A stretch of DNA of 64,000 nucleotides. It comes from Octopus sinensis (taxonomy: Eukaryota). The notes under the pieces are model-generated. The model had not been told where the DNA came from, ran no database searches, and saw nothing but the letters and a program-made list of their open reading frames with translations. The position numbers and the translations under genes are program-made. Shown piece after piece: positions 27,108-38,805 of the stretch (its first letter is position 1; every line of letters starts with the position of its first letter). The DNA is taken from NCBI RefSeq assembly GCF_006345805.1, contig NC_043003.1, positions 40,176,001 to 40,240,000 of the forward strand, given 5' to 3'.

Positions 27108-27609
27108 ACATTGTGATATACATAATACAATTCATTATTATTGTTACAATTATTTTGTGAATGTAATTTATCAGTGCATGAAAAATAACTATGATGTAGA
27201 CAACTACAGGAAAAAAAAAAAGCACAAATGGAAGTGGTAATTTTTCAAAATACAACACTCTGCAGACTGTGAAAGGTGAAATAGAAATAAAATTTTAAAA
27301 TTTATTATTTTAGTGTGACCTGGCACTAAATGATCCACAGTCTGGTACTTGTATGTAGCTCAGTGATTGGAGGTCCCTGTTATACAAGGTGTTCAGGACA
27401 ATGATGTTCAAATACTTTTACAACTGCAGATCACATTTTTAGAATTTAAATATAAAACCATATTCTTCCTTAGTATTTATTGGTGTTGTATTGTTCTAGA
27501 GATAGATGGTTCACTGAATCCTCTTCAATTATAGTTTCCATTTTCTGAATGAGGAATTTAATATAAGTGATGATAGTGGGATGGGTCTTATTGAATTTTG
27601 AAGGCTTTT

Positions 27610-28010
27610 ACCTGTTATACTCTGAGCGCCTTGTTTCCCTGGGCATGGATTCACTGAAGCTCCGGCGTCTGGCGATGGACTTGGTAGACACCCACAAAGT
27701 TATCAACCACCTCACCAACAACAACACTGAACACCTTTTTGATCTTGATATGTCTAACACACGTGGACATGCCTACAAAGTCAGAAAACAACACAGCTCC
27801 CATGACTTTCGGAAACATTTTTTCACGCTCAGAGTTGCTGAAGCATGGAACAAACTGCCTGCGTCAGTTGTTGACTGCCATGACACTGCATCCTTTAAGG
27901 CCCTCATGCTTTCCGAAATCCGCCGAAACTACACCTGATGATACATACACTTTAGATGAGTTGTAGTGCACCTGAGCACTGTACACAATGTTTTTATTAT
28001 TTATTTATTA
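27610..28010 (+). mobile_element. CR1-clade LINE 3' fragment
   Basis: YSERL..LG..SL..RR...DL...K......NTRGH..K......RK.FF..RV...WN.LP..VV is the CR1 ORF2 C-terminus; (TTA) repeat tail. Confidence 0.85.
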
Positions 28011-30561
28011 TTTATTATTTATATTTTGTTGTTGGGTTTTGTTACTACAATTTTATATTTATATATTGACAGTATTTGACCACATGAGCATAGGGTACTG
28101 TGTATGTGTGCTAAGGTTTACTTACAGTCACTAAAACAGTTTGTGATTTCTCTTTCCTTTCTATATTTGCTTTACATTCACTGAGGATTGTTAGCATTAA
28201 CTACCTGTGTTTTCCGGAATCCTTGATTTTTGCAGAAAATATGTAATGTAGATACATCTTCTGTACAGCACTAGAATGTTTATTGCTAATGAGATTAAGT
28301 CCAAGTGACACAAATATTGTTTTAGATAAAAAAAAAATTCATATTTTGGTGTTAAGAAATGTATATATCGTTATTGGTTGGTTTGTAGGTTAGAAAAGTG
28401 TAAAGCATTCATAAATGAGTAGTAGCAGAATTATTGTTTCTCTGCAAGAAAATAACTAACACCAGGGTTTAAAGATTGTGAAAATCACTTCCGGGAGGAA
28501 ATGCCACTGATATGAAATTCAACACCTTACTCGTATGTCACTCTAAAAATCTGAGTTCTCTCAAAGGTCACACAAATTTACCCCTGATCTGGTATTCAAA
28601 TATAAAGGCATAGATGTTAAGAGCTTTTTTTTTTGTAGCATGGTTTACAAACATTTATCCTGCTTTAGAAAGGTGCGGTTTCAGACATTATTTCCAACAA
28701 TGCATTGCACATTTTAGGCACTGCACTGCACCAAACCATTCAGTTAACTTAAATGAACTTTCTTAATAACGTATGAGCAGAATATACCCCACTGAGAATC
28801 CTTCTTTGTTTAACCAATGAAACAAGGTGTGGGTGCAGACTTAAAAGACATATCTGAGAAATTTATGAAAGTGAACTGAAGTTTGAAAACTATACAATCT
28901 AATTTTCAGTAAAACATTTTCATTGTTACTTGGTTACATATTTGGGAATAAACAAAATTCAGTTTTCCTGTTTTTAATATCTAAGAGTAAGATTTATTTT
29001 TCATAAGTAGAAGTGAGTGTTATTATGATTTCTACTATAAGCACAAGGCCTGTGTGTGTATGTATATGTATATATATATATATATATATATGCTCTGTAG
29101 AAGGCGTCTAAATTCCAATAAAAAGGTATTCCAATCTTAGAGCTTTGTATCTTTATTAGAAACCAGCACCTTTCTCGGAGGAAGATTTCAGATAATAAAA
29201 GAAACAAGAAACATACATATCTACAAACAAACATTCATACTCTTGTCTAGACATGCAAGTATATGTGTCAGTATACACACTGATAAAACAAAGTATACAG
29301 ATTTGCAATTGCTCAGACTCCAAATGCTTGCTCATACCCACATATACAGTACAACTATCATGGTGACGTTTTTAAAATTCCAACGAACGAGTTTTGGATT
29401 TAGGTTAGAAACCAGCTCTTTTGCCATTGGTAAGGAATCTAGTAATAAAGCTAAATAATCATGTCTATACATATAAATTTTGTTCTTTTATATGCTTCAG
29501 TCATTTAGACTGGCTGTGTTGTGGCATTGCCTCAGTGTTTGGTACATATTTTATTGACAATGTAAAGAAAGAAAGTCAAAGTCAATACGGGAAGCGTATC
29601 TGTGGGGTAAGAAGCTTGCTTCCCGACCACATGGTTCTGGCTTCAGTCCCACTGCGTTGCACCTTGATCAAGTGTCTTCTACAAGTGCCTTTGGGTAACC
29701 AAAGCCTTGTGAGTGGATTTGGTAGACGGAAACTGAAAGAAGCCCGTCGAGTGTGTGTGTGTGTATATATATGTGTGTGTGCCTACACCACCATCGCTTG
29801 ACAACCGATGTTGGTGTGCTTACGTCCCCGTAACTTAGCAGTTCAGCAAAAGAGACCAATAGAATAAGTTGTAGGCTTACAAAGAATAAATCCTGGGGTT
29901 GATTTCTTTGACTAAAAGGCGGTGCTCCGGCATAGCCGCAGTCGAATGGAATAAAAGAACTATTTGTATTTTGTTCGATACTCTACTGGTTCTTTCACCC
30001 CACCCCATTAAATATATATATAGTCAATGGAATCCTATAGTTTCGTGTTTCTCAAACTTCGTTCACAATGCTATGGCTAAAGACACCTGCTCATTATGAC
30101 ATTTTTTTTGCGCGCTTTTAAAGCCTAGCCAGGCTCATGGGCCCAGTTTCAATGGCATATGTGTTCCCCAGCTGGACTGGACACCAGTATATCGCAGTGT
30201 TACTCCTTTTTGCCAGCTGAGTGGACTGGAGCAACGTGAAATAAAGTGTTTTGCTCAAGAACACAACGTGTCGCCTGGTCCAGGAATCAAAACCACAATC
30301 TTACGATCATGATGCTGACACCCTAGCCACTAAGCCACGAGCCTCCACATTATGACATATAGTGGAAACAAATCCAAATCAATGTCATGATGAAGTGAAA
30401 CTGTTGGATAAATGGTTAGGCCTGTACACACGTGTGTGTATATGTACAGACGTATACGTGTGTGTGTGTTCTCTTTCTAATTTTAGAGTAAATTTTAACC
30501 GGCCACCTACATAGCAAGGTTGCGAAAGAAATTATCTTCTTTTAACCATCATCCTTTAAGT

Positions 30562-30777
30562 CAGCGCCTCTTAAACTATGGGTCACGATCCCAAATGGGG
30601 TTGTGAAGCTAAATGCTGGGGTCGCGAAAATTAAATTCAAACACTCGAATTTCAGTTTATATATTATTTCACAAATGTAAAATATTTAATGTGATGCATC
30701 ATATTTAATAACTGGGGTCTCGAAAAATCTCATGGTGAAAAATGGGGTCATGAATGAAAAAAAGTTTAAGAAGGTTT
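30562..30777. mobile_element. hAT (Charlie-like) MITE
   Basis: CAGCGCCTCTTAAACT left end and AGTTTAAGAAG right end, with GGGTCGCGA-like internal motifs; TSD not clear. Confidence 0.5.
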
Positions 30778-30950
30778 TGCAAATTTTATAGTCTCAGATA
30801 TCATGGTCAATTCTAGCATATGAATAAAAATTTTGCATTCTCTTTCCAACATCCGAAGTTCAGCCATACTTTGCTCCAGTTGAGTTGGTATGTATCTTGT
30901 TGCTTCAGTAATAATAGGTATGATGCGGGAGGTGTATGTATGCACGTACG

Positions 30951-32110
30951 TACGAGGGTCGGCTGTCCAAGATACTCTGATGGAATATCACCAAATGAGA
31001 TTTATTTTGTAACATAGTCCATCTTGCGTTCCACACACTTCTTCAACTGGTGTTGCAGTGCTTGGATCCTACTGGTGAAGAAACTATTATCCTGTTAATT
31101 AAAAAAGTCATCAACTGCAGATATGATATCATCATTACTGCGATACTGGTTCCCAACGAAGTATTTTTTCATGTTGGAGAACAGATGATAGTTTGGGGCC
31201 AAATTTGTAGAATAGAGAGGCTGATCATAGCAAGATTTGAAATCAGAGCGTAAAGAGCCGAAACAAACATTCAGAGTCATTGAAACCAAGGCCTTGTGTG
31301 CTGGAGCATTGTCCTGATGGAACAAGATCCCTTTCAAGTTTCTCGATGCATTTGGTCTTGATGACCTTTCGTAATTGTCTCAGCAAGTTGGCAAAGTACT
31401 CTCCATTGATGGTGTGGTTTTTTTGAAGATAGTCGATAAAAAATGCCTTTTGCATCCTCCGAAATTGAGACCATCAACTTTCCCACAGATGAAACTACCT
31501 TTGCTTTCTACAGAGCAGGTGAGGAGTGGGTGTTTCCACTGCATGAAGTATCTCTCTATTTCCAACTCAAAGCGATGAAGCAAACACTAGTTCTGTGTTA
31601 GAAAACGTTCAAATAAACCAGCTGGTTCTGTCTGAAACAACGTCAGATTTTCCTGTGATGTGATCAGCCTGGTGCATTTAGATCAGGTGTCAGAAGACGT
31701 GGCAGACACCGAGCAGAAACCTTCGTCGTGCTAAGTTTATTGGACAGCATATTCTCAACTCTCTAACAGGATATGTTAATAATACTGTCTATTTGATTTA
31801 TAGTCAATTGCTTGTCATCTATCACTATGTTGTGAATAAGGTAAATGTTTTCCTCCATCGTGACAATTGCAGGACGTCAAGACCTCGGGTCATCTTTAAG
31901 ACTGTCTCTTCCCCTCCTAAATTCAACTTCCCCCCCTTTTGCTCTATTAATAAAGCTGGAGTGTCATCCCCTAATGTAGCAACCATGTAAGCATGAATGT
32001 CCTTGGAGGCGAAAGCCTTTCCCTTGCAGGCACTTGATAACAGCACGATGTTATTAGTTACTTTTGAATTTTTTTTTTTGATCAGTCGGGTATCAATTTA
32101 CTTGGAAAGA
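30951..32110 (-). mobile_element. mariner transposon remnant
   Basis: IDYLQKNHTINGEYFANLL, HQDNAPAHK and YSTNLAPNYHLF match mariner DD34D motifs; N-terminal HTH fragment at ~31825-32046; TACGAGGG TIR-like end. Confidence 0.85.
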
Positions 32111-32305
32111 AAATGCAGCTATAACGTAATGCATGCAAGATTTCACAGCCCTAGCATCACTCCTTCATAGTCAGCCTATGAACTTTTCAGGCCCCACCTT
32201 GTATGTGTTACATGGATTTGTATGTAAATGTACAACGAATAACATCATAGGCTTACATGTACCCTAGAAAAATATAAGAAGCAAGCCTTCATATGTATTA
32301 TATGT

Positions 32306-32608
32306 GATCACGTGACCGACCAGGCCATCAGATGTTGCTACACATCACTGGTCACAATGCGCTTCACATTGATTTAGCCTTCAATGACGCCACCCCACTG
32401 GCTAAGCGAGCAGGCCAATAGAAGAAAGAGTGAGAGAAAGTTGTGGTGAAAGAGAACAGCAGGGATCACCACCACCCCCTACCGGAGCCTCGTGGAGCTT
32501 TAGGTGTTTTCACTCAATAAACACTCACAACGCCCGGTCTGGGAATCGAAACCGTGATGCTACGACCGCAAGTCCGCAGCCCTAACCACTAGGCCTTTGC
32601 GCCTCCAC
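32306..32608 (-). mobile_element. SINE family D, inserted in a ~43-bp tandem repeat
   Basis: Homologous to 26811-27107; flanked by TATTATATGT; neighbours are copies of CATGTACCCTAGAAAAATAT...AAGCCTTCATATG. Confidence 0.85.
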
Positions 32609-32773
32609 TTATTATATGTACCATAGCAAAATGTGAGAAGCAAGCCTTCATATGTATTACATGTACCCTAGAAAAATATGAGATACAAGCCTTCATATGT
32701 GGTACTCCAGCGTGGCTACGAACCAACCTGCAGAAATAAACTAAAGGACATTACAAAAAAGTATATAAATCAC

Positions 32774-33110
32774 TGCGAAGGCGCATGGCTCAGTGGTTAG
32801 AGCATTGGGCTCACAATCATGAGGTAGTGGGTTCGATTCATGGACCGAGCTGTGTGTTTTGCTCTTGAGCAAGACACTTTATTTCATGTTGCTCCAGTTC
32901 ACTCAGCTGTGGAAATGGGTTGCGACGTTACTGGAGCCAAGCTGTATTGGCCTTTGCCTTACCCTTGGATAACATCGGTGGCGTGGAACGGGAAGGCTGG
33001 TGTAAATGTGTGACTGCTGGTCTTCCATAAACAGCCTTGCCCAGACTTGTGCCTTGGAAGGGAACTTCCTAGGCGCAATCTCTTGCTCATTTATGATCGA
33101 AGGAGGTATT
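32774..33110 (+). mobile_element. SINE family E
   Basis: tRNA-like head with A/B boxes; homologous to 19035-19368 and to the head/core at ~30200-30350. Confidence 0.85.
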
Positions 33111-34024
33111 TGCCTCTATATAAACCATGTCGTGGAATATATTCATTTACTAGGTCATAGGTGGATAAAATGTCTTGATATTTTTACAATATATGTAACT
33201 ATTAAAAATAAAAACTAAAGTTATATATATATGCTTTAAATGAGTAACATATATCTACTGTGATGGTACGTGTTTCGATTTCAATGTAGAATCTCGGATT
33301 AAACAAAAGATTTAACAAAAAAAATAATAATCATGCAAGGGGAATAACTCGTAAATATTTTATGAGTCATCTCCCTTCAAAATAAAATATCGTTTCACAA
33401 TATATTTTCACAAATGGTACTTAATTTATCGACCCCGAAAGGATAAAAGGTAAAGTGAACCTCGGCGGAATTTGAACTCAAAACACAAAGACAGAGGGAA
33501 AATAATAATAATAATAATAATTTGCGTACTGGGGTCGATCTAATCGACTGGCCCTTTCCCACCAAATTTCGGGCCTTGTGCCTAGAGTAGGAAAGATTAT
33601 TATTATTTAGGCACAAGGCAAGCATTTTTGAGATGAAAGGGTTAATACTCAGCTACAGGACTGGTACTTCTTTATTTTATCGAACCCGGAGAGATGAAAA
33701 AACAAAACTGACTTCGGCGTCTTTTGAACCCGAAGCATAAAAAGTTAACAGAAATACTACGAGGCATTTTTTCGGACACTCTAACAAATCCGTTACCTCA
33801 ATGCCTACAGCGAAGGCAATTTTAGCAGATCGACCGAGCACGAGTGTGACTCACATTACCTTACGTTTTCGTAACCGGTCACAAATGACACTCCCCACTA
33901 GGAAAATAGGTGTCACATTGTCACATATTCCGTTATATTTCAGTGCCGCGTTCAACTCATCTTGTGATTATACATAGTTTGAAGTTGAGGGATCTCTTCA
34001 ATCTGACTTATTTACTCTCTCTCC

Positions 34025-34062
<38 letters not shown>

Positions 34063-34243
34063 CTCTCCCTCTCTCCCTCTCCCTCTCCTCTCCCTCTCCC
34101 TCTCCCCCTCTCTCTCTGTCTCTCTGCACAAGCACTCAGCTCTGCGAGCAATGCTTCTAATAGTAGAAAAACTGTAAATTAATGAATGAAATTACGGGAT
34201 TCTGCTTTTTAGGTATCGTAGTAAGCATTCCACACCTCTTCGC

Positions 34244-34296
<53 letters not shown>

Positions 34297-34899
34297 CGTG
34301 TGTGTGTGAGTGTGAGTGTGTGTTTGTGTGTGTGTGTGTAATTTGGACTTATAATTTTCACTGACATATAAGGATGCTCTATGAACTTCAGAACTAACTC
34401 TCCATTCTTGTTTTTTACATGTATGTATGTGTGTGTATGTATTTATGTATGTATGTATGTGTGTGTGTATGTGTGTGTGTGTGTGTGTGCGCGTGTGTCT
34501 TCTGTTTTTAGTTACTTGTAGTCTTCTTGCGAACGAAAAACTTGCCTCTAACGACGATACAAAGCTCAATCTTTGGAATGTGGATAATAAAAACAAATTC
34601 ACATTCTAAACTTGAGAAAAGTATTGCATATTTTTTGCTGTTCCACTTACAGATTGTGTTCATAATGTGCGTGTTAGCTGGACGGTTTCTTTTTCTGAAA
34701 ACCCCAATTTATCTAAATTGTCATTTAAGGATTTATTTACAAACCAAGTGCACCAATTGTCATCGATATAAATATAAACTTATGATCTTAACTTAGAAAC
34801 CTCATAACACAAACGATGTAGCCTTCCCGGCGGTGTTAGAGAGAGAGAGTAGAGATTGAGTTTTTTTAGTCGACCCCAATAGTCAACGCCTATCATGCC

Positions 34900-37800
34900 G
34901 TCTATCTTTCTTGTTATTGACCTCTGGATTGCTTCCAGTTTCATAATGAGTTGCTTCGTAAGGGGAGACTACAGTGAGCAACAGGTGGGGTCGGGCAAAG
35001 TAGAGTAGAGAAGGATGATGGTGTGGGCATCTCTAGACCGGAAAGTTCTCAGAATCCAGGAGTACATCTGGCGGGCCAAGTTAATCTTGTTGTTTACGTG
35101 GGAACTCCAGCTTAGATTGTTATCAACAATTACTCCAAGATCTCTGGTGTTGTTGGATGACACTAAGGAGTCGCTTGATGGAAGAACATATGGTAATTTC
35201 AGAGTGTCCTTTTTTTCCAAAGTGGATAAAACCAAACTTATCTTCATTTAGAAGCATATTGTTTTCCCCACTCATTGGACAACAGCAAACAGATCCGACT
35301 GAAAGCAATGTTCGGTCTCCTATACCGTTTATAGCTTTCTGGAGTTTAGAATCATCTGCAAAGATTTTCAATGTTGAATGTTTGATGACGTCCACTATGT
35401 CATTGATGTAGATAATGAAGAGGAGTGGGCCCAACACAGGACCTTGTGGGATACCACTATTAACTTTAGCTAAGCTGGATCGTATTCCCTCAAACACAAC
35501 ATGTTGGGTTCCGTTTGTCAGGAAACACTTTATCTACTGCAGCAGCTTTCCATGGAATCCATGTGGACAGTTTCTTCAGCAGGATTTTGTGGTCTACTCT
35601 GTCAAATACCTTGCTGAAATCAAGGCATATGACGTCAGTGTTGGAGCCTTTTCCCAATGCTTTTAAGATGTTATCAAAATGATGCAGAAGCTGCGACAGA
35701 CTGTCCTTGCCATCATGGAAACTATGCTGGTTGGGGTTCAGCAGATTGTTGCCTTCGAGGAAGTGAGTTATTTGCGATCTCACCACCCTCTCAAATACTT
35801 TAATGATATGAGAGGTGAGTGAAATCGGACGGAAGTTCACTGCAAGAGATTTGTTCCCCCTTTTGAAGACTGGAACGTTAGACTGGGAAAGAAAATGATC
35901 AGGAATGTAGCCTGCATCAAGTGAGTTTACCCCGAGCTCAGCAACAGGGATTGCAAGTTGATGTCGACACATCTTCAGGACAGTGGAGGCACATGGCCAA
36001 GTGGTTAGAATAGCGGACTCGCGGTCGAGGGATCGCGGGTTCGAATCTCAGACCGGGCGATGTGTATGTTTATGAGTGAAATACCTAAGCTCCACGCGGC
36101 TCCTGCAGAAGTTAATGGCGAACTTCTGATGACTCTTTCGTTACAACTTTCTCTCTCTCTTTCCTCCTGCATCTTGCAGCTCACCTGCGATGGACCGGCG
36201 TCTCGTCCAGGTGGGGAACCTATACGCCAAGGAAACCGGGAAACCCGCCCTTATGAGCCAGGCGTGGCTCGAGAAGGAACATCTTCAGGATAGTGGCCGG
36301 GAACTTATCGGGACCTACTGCCGAATTGTGCTTCATCTTATTTATTTCTGTTAGGATGTCAGGAGCACCAAAAGTTATGTCAGATATGGTTAATTGAGGA
36401 TTTACATCACTGATACTAGCCAGATCAACCGCGTTAGCGTTACTGAAAACAGAGCAGTATTGTTTCTGCAGTATCTCGCACAAGGATTTTGCATCATAAT
36501 GTAGAGTGTTGTTCTCATCAACCAGAGGACCAAAAGTGGAAACAACGTCTTTATGTTTTTTTTTTGCAAATGAAAAGAACACTTCGGGATTGAATTTTAT
36601 TTTCTCAATGGCCCAATTCTTCTCAGCTGCTCTTTGTTTGTTAATGGTGGTCATCGTGCTTTTTTGGAGGTTGTGTTTTTTCGATACGAGTGATGCAATG
36701 ACAGTCAAATGGGTGCGTTGCTGCTGGAAGTATTTAAGTTGGTTGATTTTCTTTTTAATTCTTTTTATTTTTCTGATAATTGCTCTTCTATTTCAATGGA
36801 TTCTGCACTTAGATTTGTATACTGATCTTAATGGAGTATGGTTTGCGCATATATTTGTTACAGTATCTACAAATGTCTGCCATGATGTGTTCATGTTGGT
36901 GGGGGTGGTGGTGCGTACGAGAAGACCCAATCAACCTGTGAAAGATCATGATTGATCGTATCCCAGTCTGCGTTATGAAGATCCATAGTGTCAAATGGAT
37001 GGGAGGGAGAGATGTCATTGGATTTGATCTTTGGATGGTAGAATCTCAGATCGCAGAGAACCATGTCATGGTCTGAGAGTAGTGGTCTTTTTTCCCCTCT
37101 GCAATAGTGAGGATAGTGTCAGTGCGGTTACTGAACACATGGTCCAAGGTGTTTTTGTGACACCTTGTTGGTTCGAGAACAAGTTGGGTCAGGAAAAACT
37201 CACCCATGAAATCAAAAAGCAATTCGATTGCTTCTTTATCACGGGTTGAGGTGAATAAACCTGGTTTCAAGCTGTTTGTGGACCAATCAACACTGAGAAG
37301 GTTGAAGTCCCCCATCATTAATATGTTGTCAGTATTACACTGATGGATGAAATACTTAATACTGTTGAGGCATTCCTTGAAGCGTAGTAAAAGAGTTAAG
37401 GGTGGTCTATAGAGCCCAACTACCATTAAATTGTTGGTTTTACTATACACATAAGCTGCTTCACAGTAGCCATTGGTAAATACGTCCATTGCTTCAGCCG
37501 TACCTCAGCTTCCAAGTGGAAGTTATTGAGATGGGTCTCTGTGAGTACGAAGAAAGGGACATGGTGCGGATGGTCATTAACCCAATCCTCAATAAATTGG
37601 ATCTTCCATTTTGGGGCATTGGTGGAAGGGCTGATGCCTTGTGCATTGAGCAAAAATGTTGGAGCGATAGTGGGGACTGATTTTGACTGTTTTGGTGATT
37701 TGCTTGTTAATGGCAGCACTGAGAGTTTAATTTTGCGCATGCGCATTGTTTGTTTTTGATTTTGCCGACTACACAACGACAACGTCTGTGAGAAAAAAAA

Positions 37801-37972
37801 CATCTCCATGACGCAATTCACTCAGCCAGAAATTTGGAAACGACATGCTGTACTGCTTGGCATTCGCACAGAAAGCTCCAATACGAACGGATGGTGCACA
37901 CGCAGAACAGCCGTTGGCTTGCCGTGTCCCCAAAGCATGTACCGAGAGTGATAGAAATCAAACATCCAGTCA
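34900..37972 (-). mobile_element. CR1-clade LINE, degenerate EN plus RT (5'-truncated)
   Basis: APE motifs LNAQG, LTETHL, MGDFN, TLDHVF; RT motifs NFRPISLTS, LDFSKVFDRVDH, SGIPQG-VLGPLLF-IYIND, FADDSKL; frameshifted, with an 85-bp internal deletion at 37500/37501. Confidence 0.93.
35984..36278 (+). mobile_element. tRNA-derived SINE family B inserted in the CR1
   Basis: Flanked by ACATCTTCAGGA(C/T)AGT; removing it restores the CR1 frame PATILKMC-RHQLAIP. Confidence 0.9.
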
Positions 37973-38044
37973 ACACTAGAATTAAAATGATTTAGATAAC
38001 ATCACTGATGATTTAAATATATTTAATGAAGTATCTAACTGTCA

Positions 38045-38115
38045 GCATCGGTGGTTCAGTGGTAGAATGCTCGCCTGCCACGCGGGCGGCCCGGGTTCGA
38101 TTCCCGGCCGATGCA
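38045..38115 (+). tRNA. tRNA-Gly-GCC: tRNA-Gly(GCC), copy 1
   Basis: GCATCGGTGGTTCAGTGGTAGAATGCTCGCCTGCCACGCGGGCGGCCCGGGTTCGATTCCCGGCCGATGCA: 71 nt, acceptor stem, A/B boxes, GCC anticodon, TTTTT terminator just downstream. Confidence 0.97.
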
Positions 38116-38683
38116 TATGAAAGTCTCATTTTATTTTTATTGAGTTATTTCTATATTATCTTTTGGCGACATTTCGAATGTCTCTTAAAGAGTCAACTTC
38201 AATTTTAATCAGAAACTTGAGACAAGTAATATTCGTTCACAGCACTTGTATTCTATTACGTGTGGGTCTATGTCTGTGTGTCCCGCATAGTCATTTGACT
38301 GACAACGTCCAGTTTTAGGTGCAGGAGTGGCTGTATGGTAAGGGTTTGCTTCACAACCAGAGTTCAGGGTTCAATCCCACTGCGGAGCCTTGTGAGTGGA
38401 TTTGGTTGATGGTAACTGAAAGAAGCCCGTCATATCTGTGTGTGTGTGTGTGTGTGTGTGTTCCCCATCACCGCTTGAGAACCGGTATTGGTGTATTTAC
38501 GTTCCCGCAATTTAGCAGTTCGGCAAACGAGGCCTATAGAATAACGACTAAGCTTTAAAAGAAAATAATAAGTACTGGGGTCGACCCGTTTGATTAAAAA
38601 TTCTCCAAGGTAGTGCCGTCCAAGGCCTTGTGGGTGGATTTGGTGGACGGAGGCTAAAGGAGGCCCGTCGTATATATGTGTAA

Positions 38684-38717
<34 letters not shown>

Positions 38718-38728
38718 TATAATATATA

Positions 38729-38769
<41 letters not shown>

Positions 38770-38805
38770 TATATATATACATATATATATAGGAAGTATT
38801 TAAGT

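Noticed and set aside
34513-34609. Possible terminal exon with a WD40-like peptide (LASNDDTKLNLWNV) after a TTTTTAG acceptor
   Set aside because: It is a short isolated match with no partner exons recognisable in the window; it would need RNA-seq or BLASTx support.
35984-36060. tRNA-like sequences at SINE heads (also 8358, 32774, 59043, 59457)
   Set aside because: They have A/B boxes but no closing acceptor stem, and they continue into SINE bodies with TSDs.
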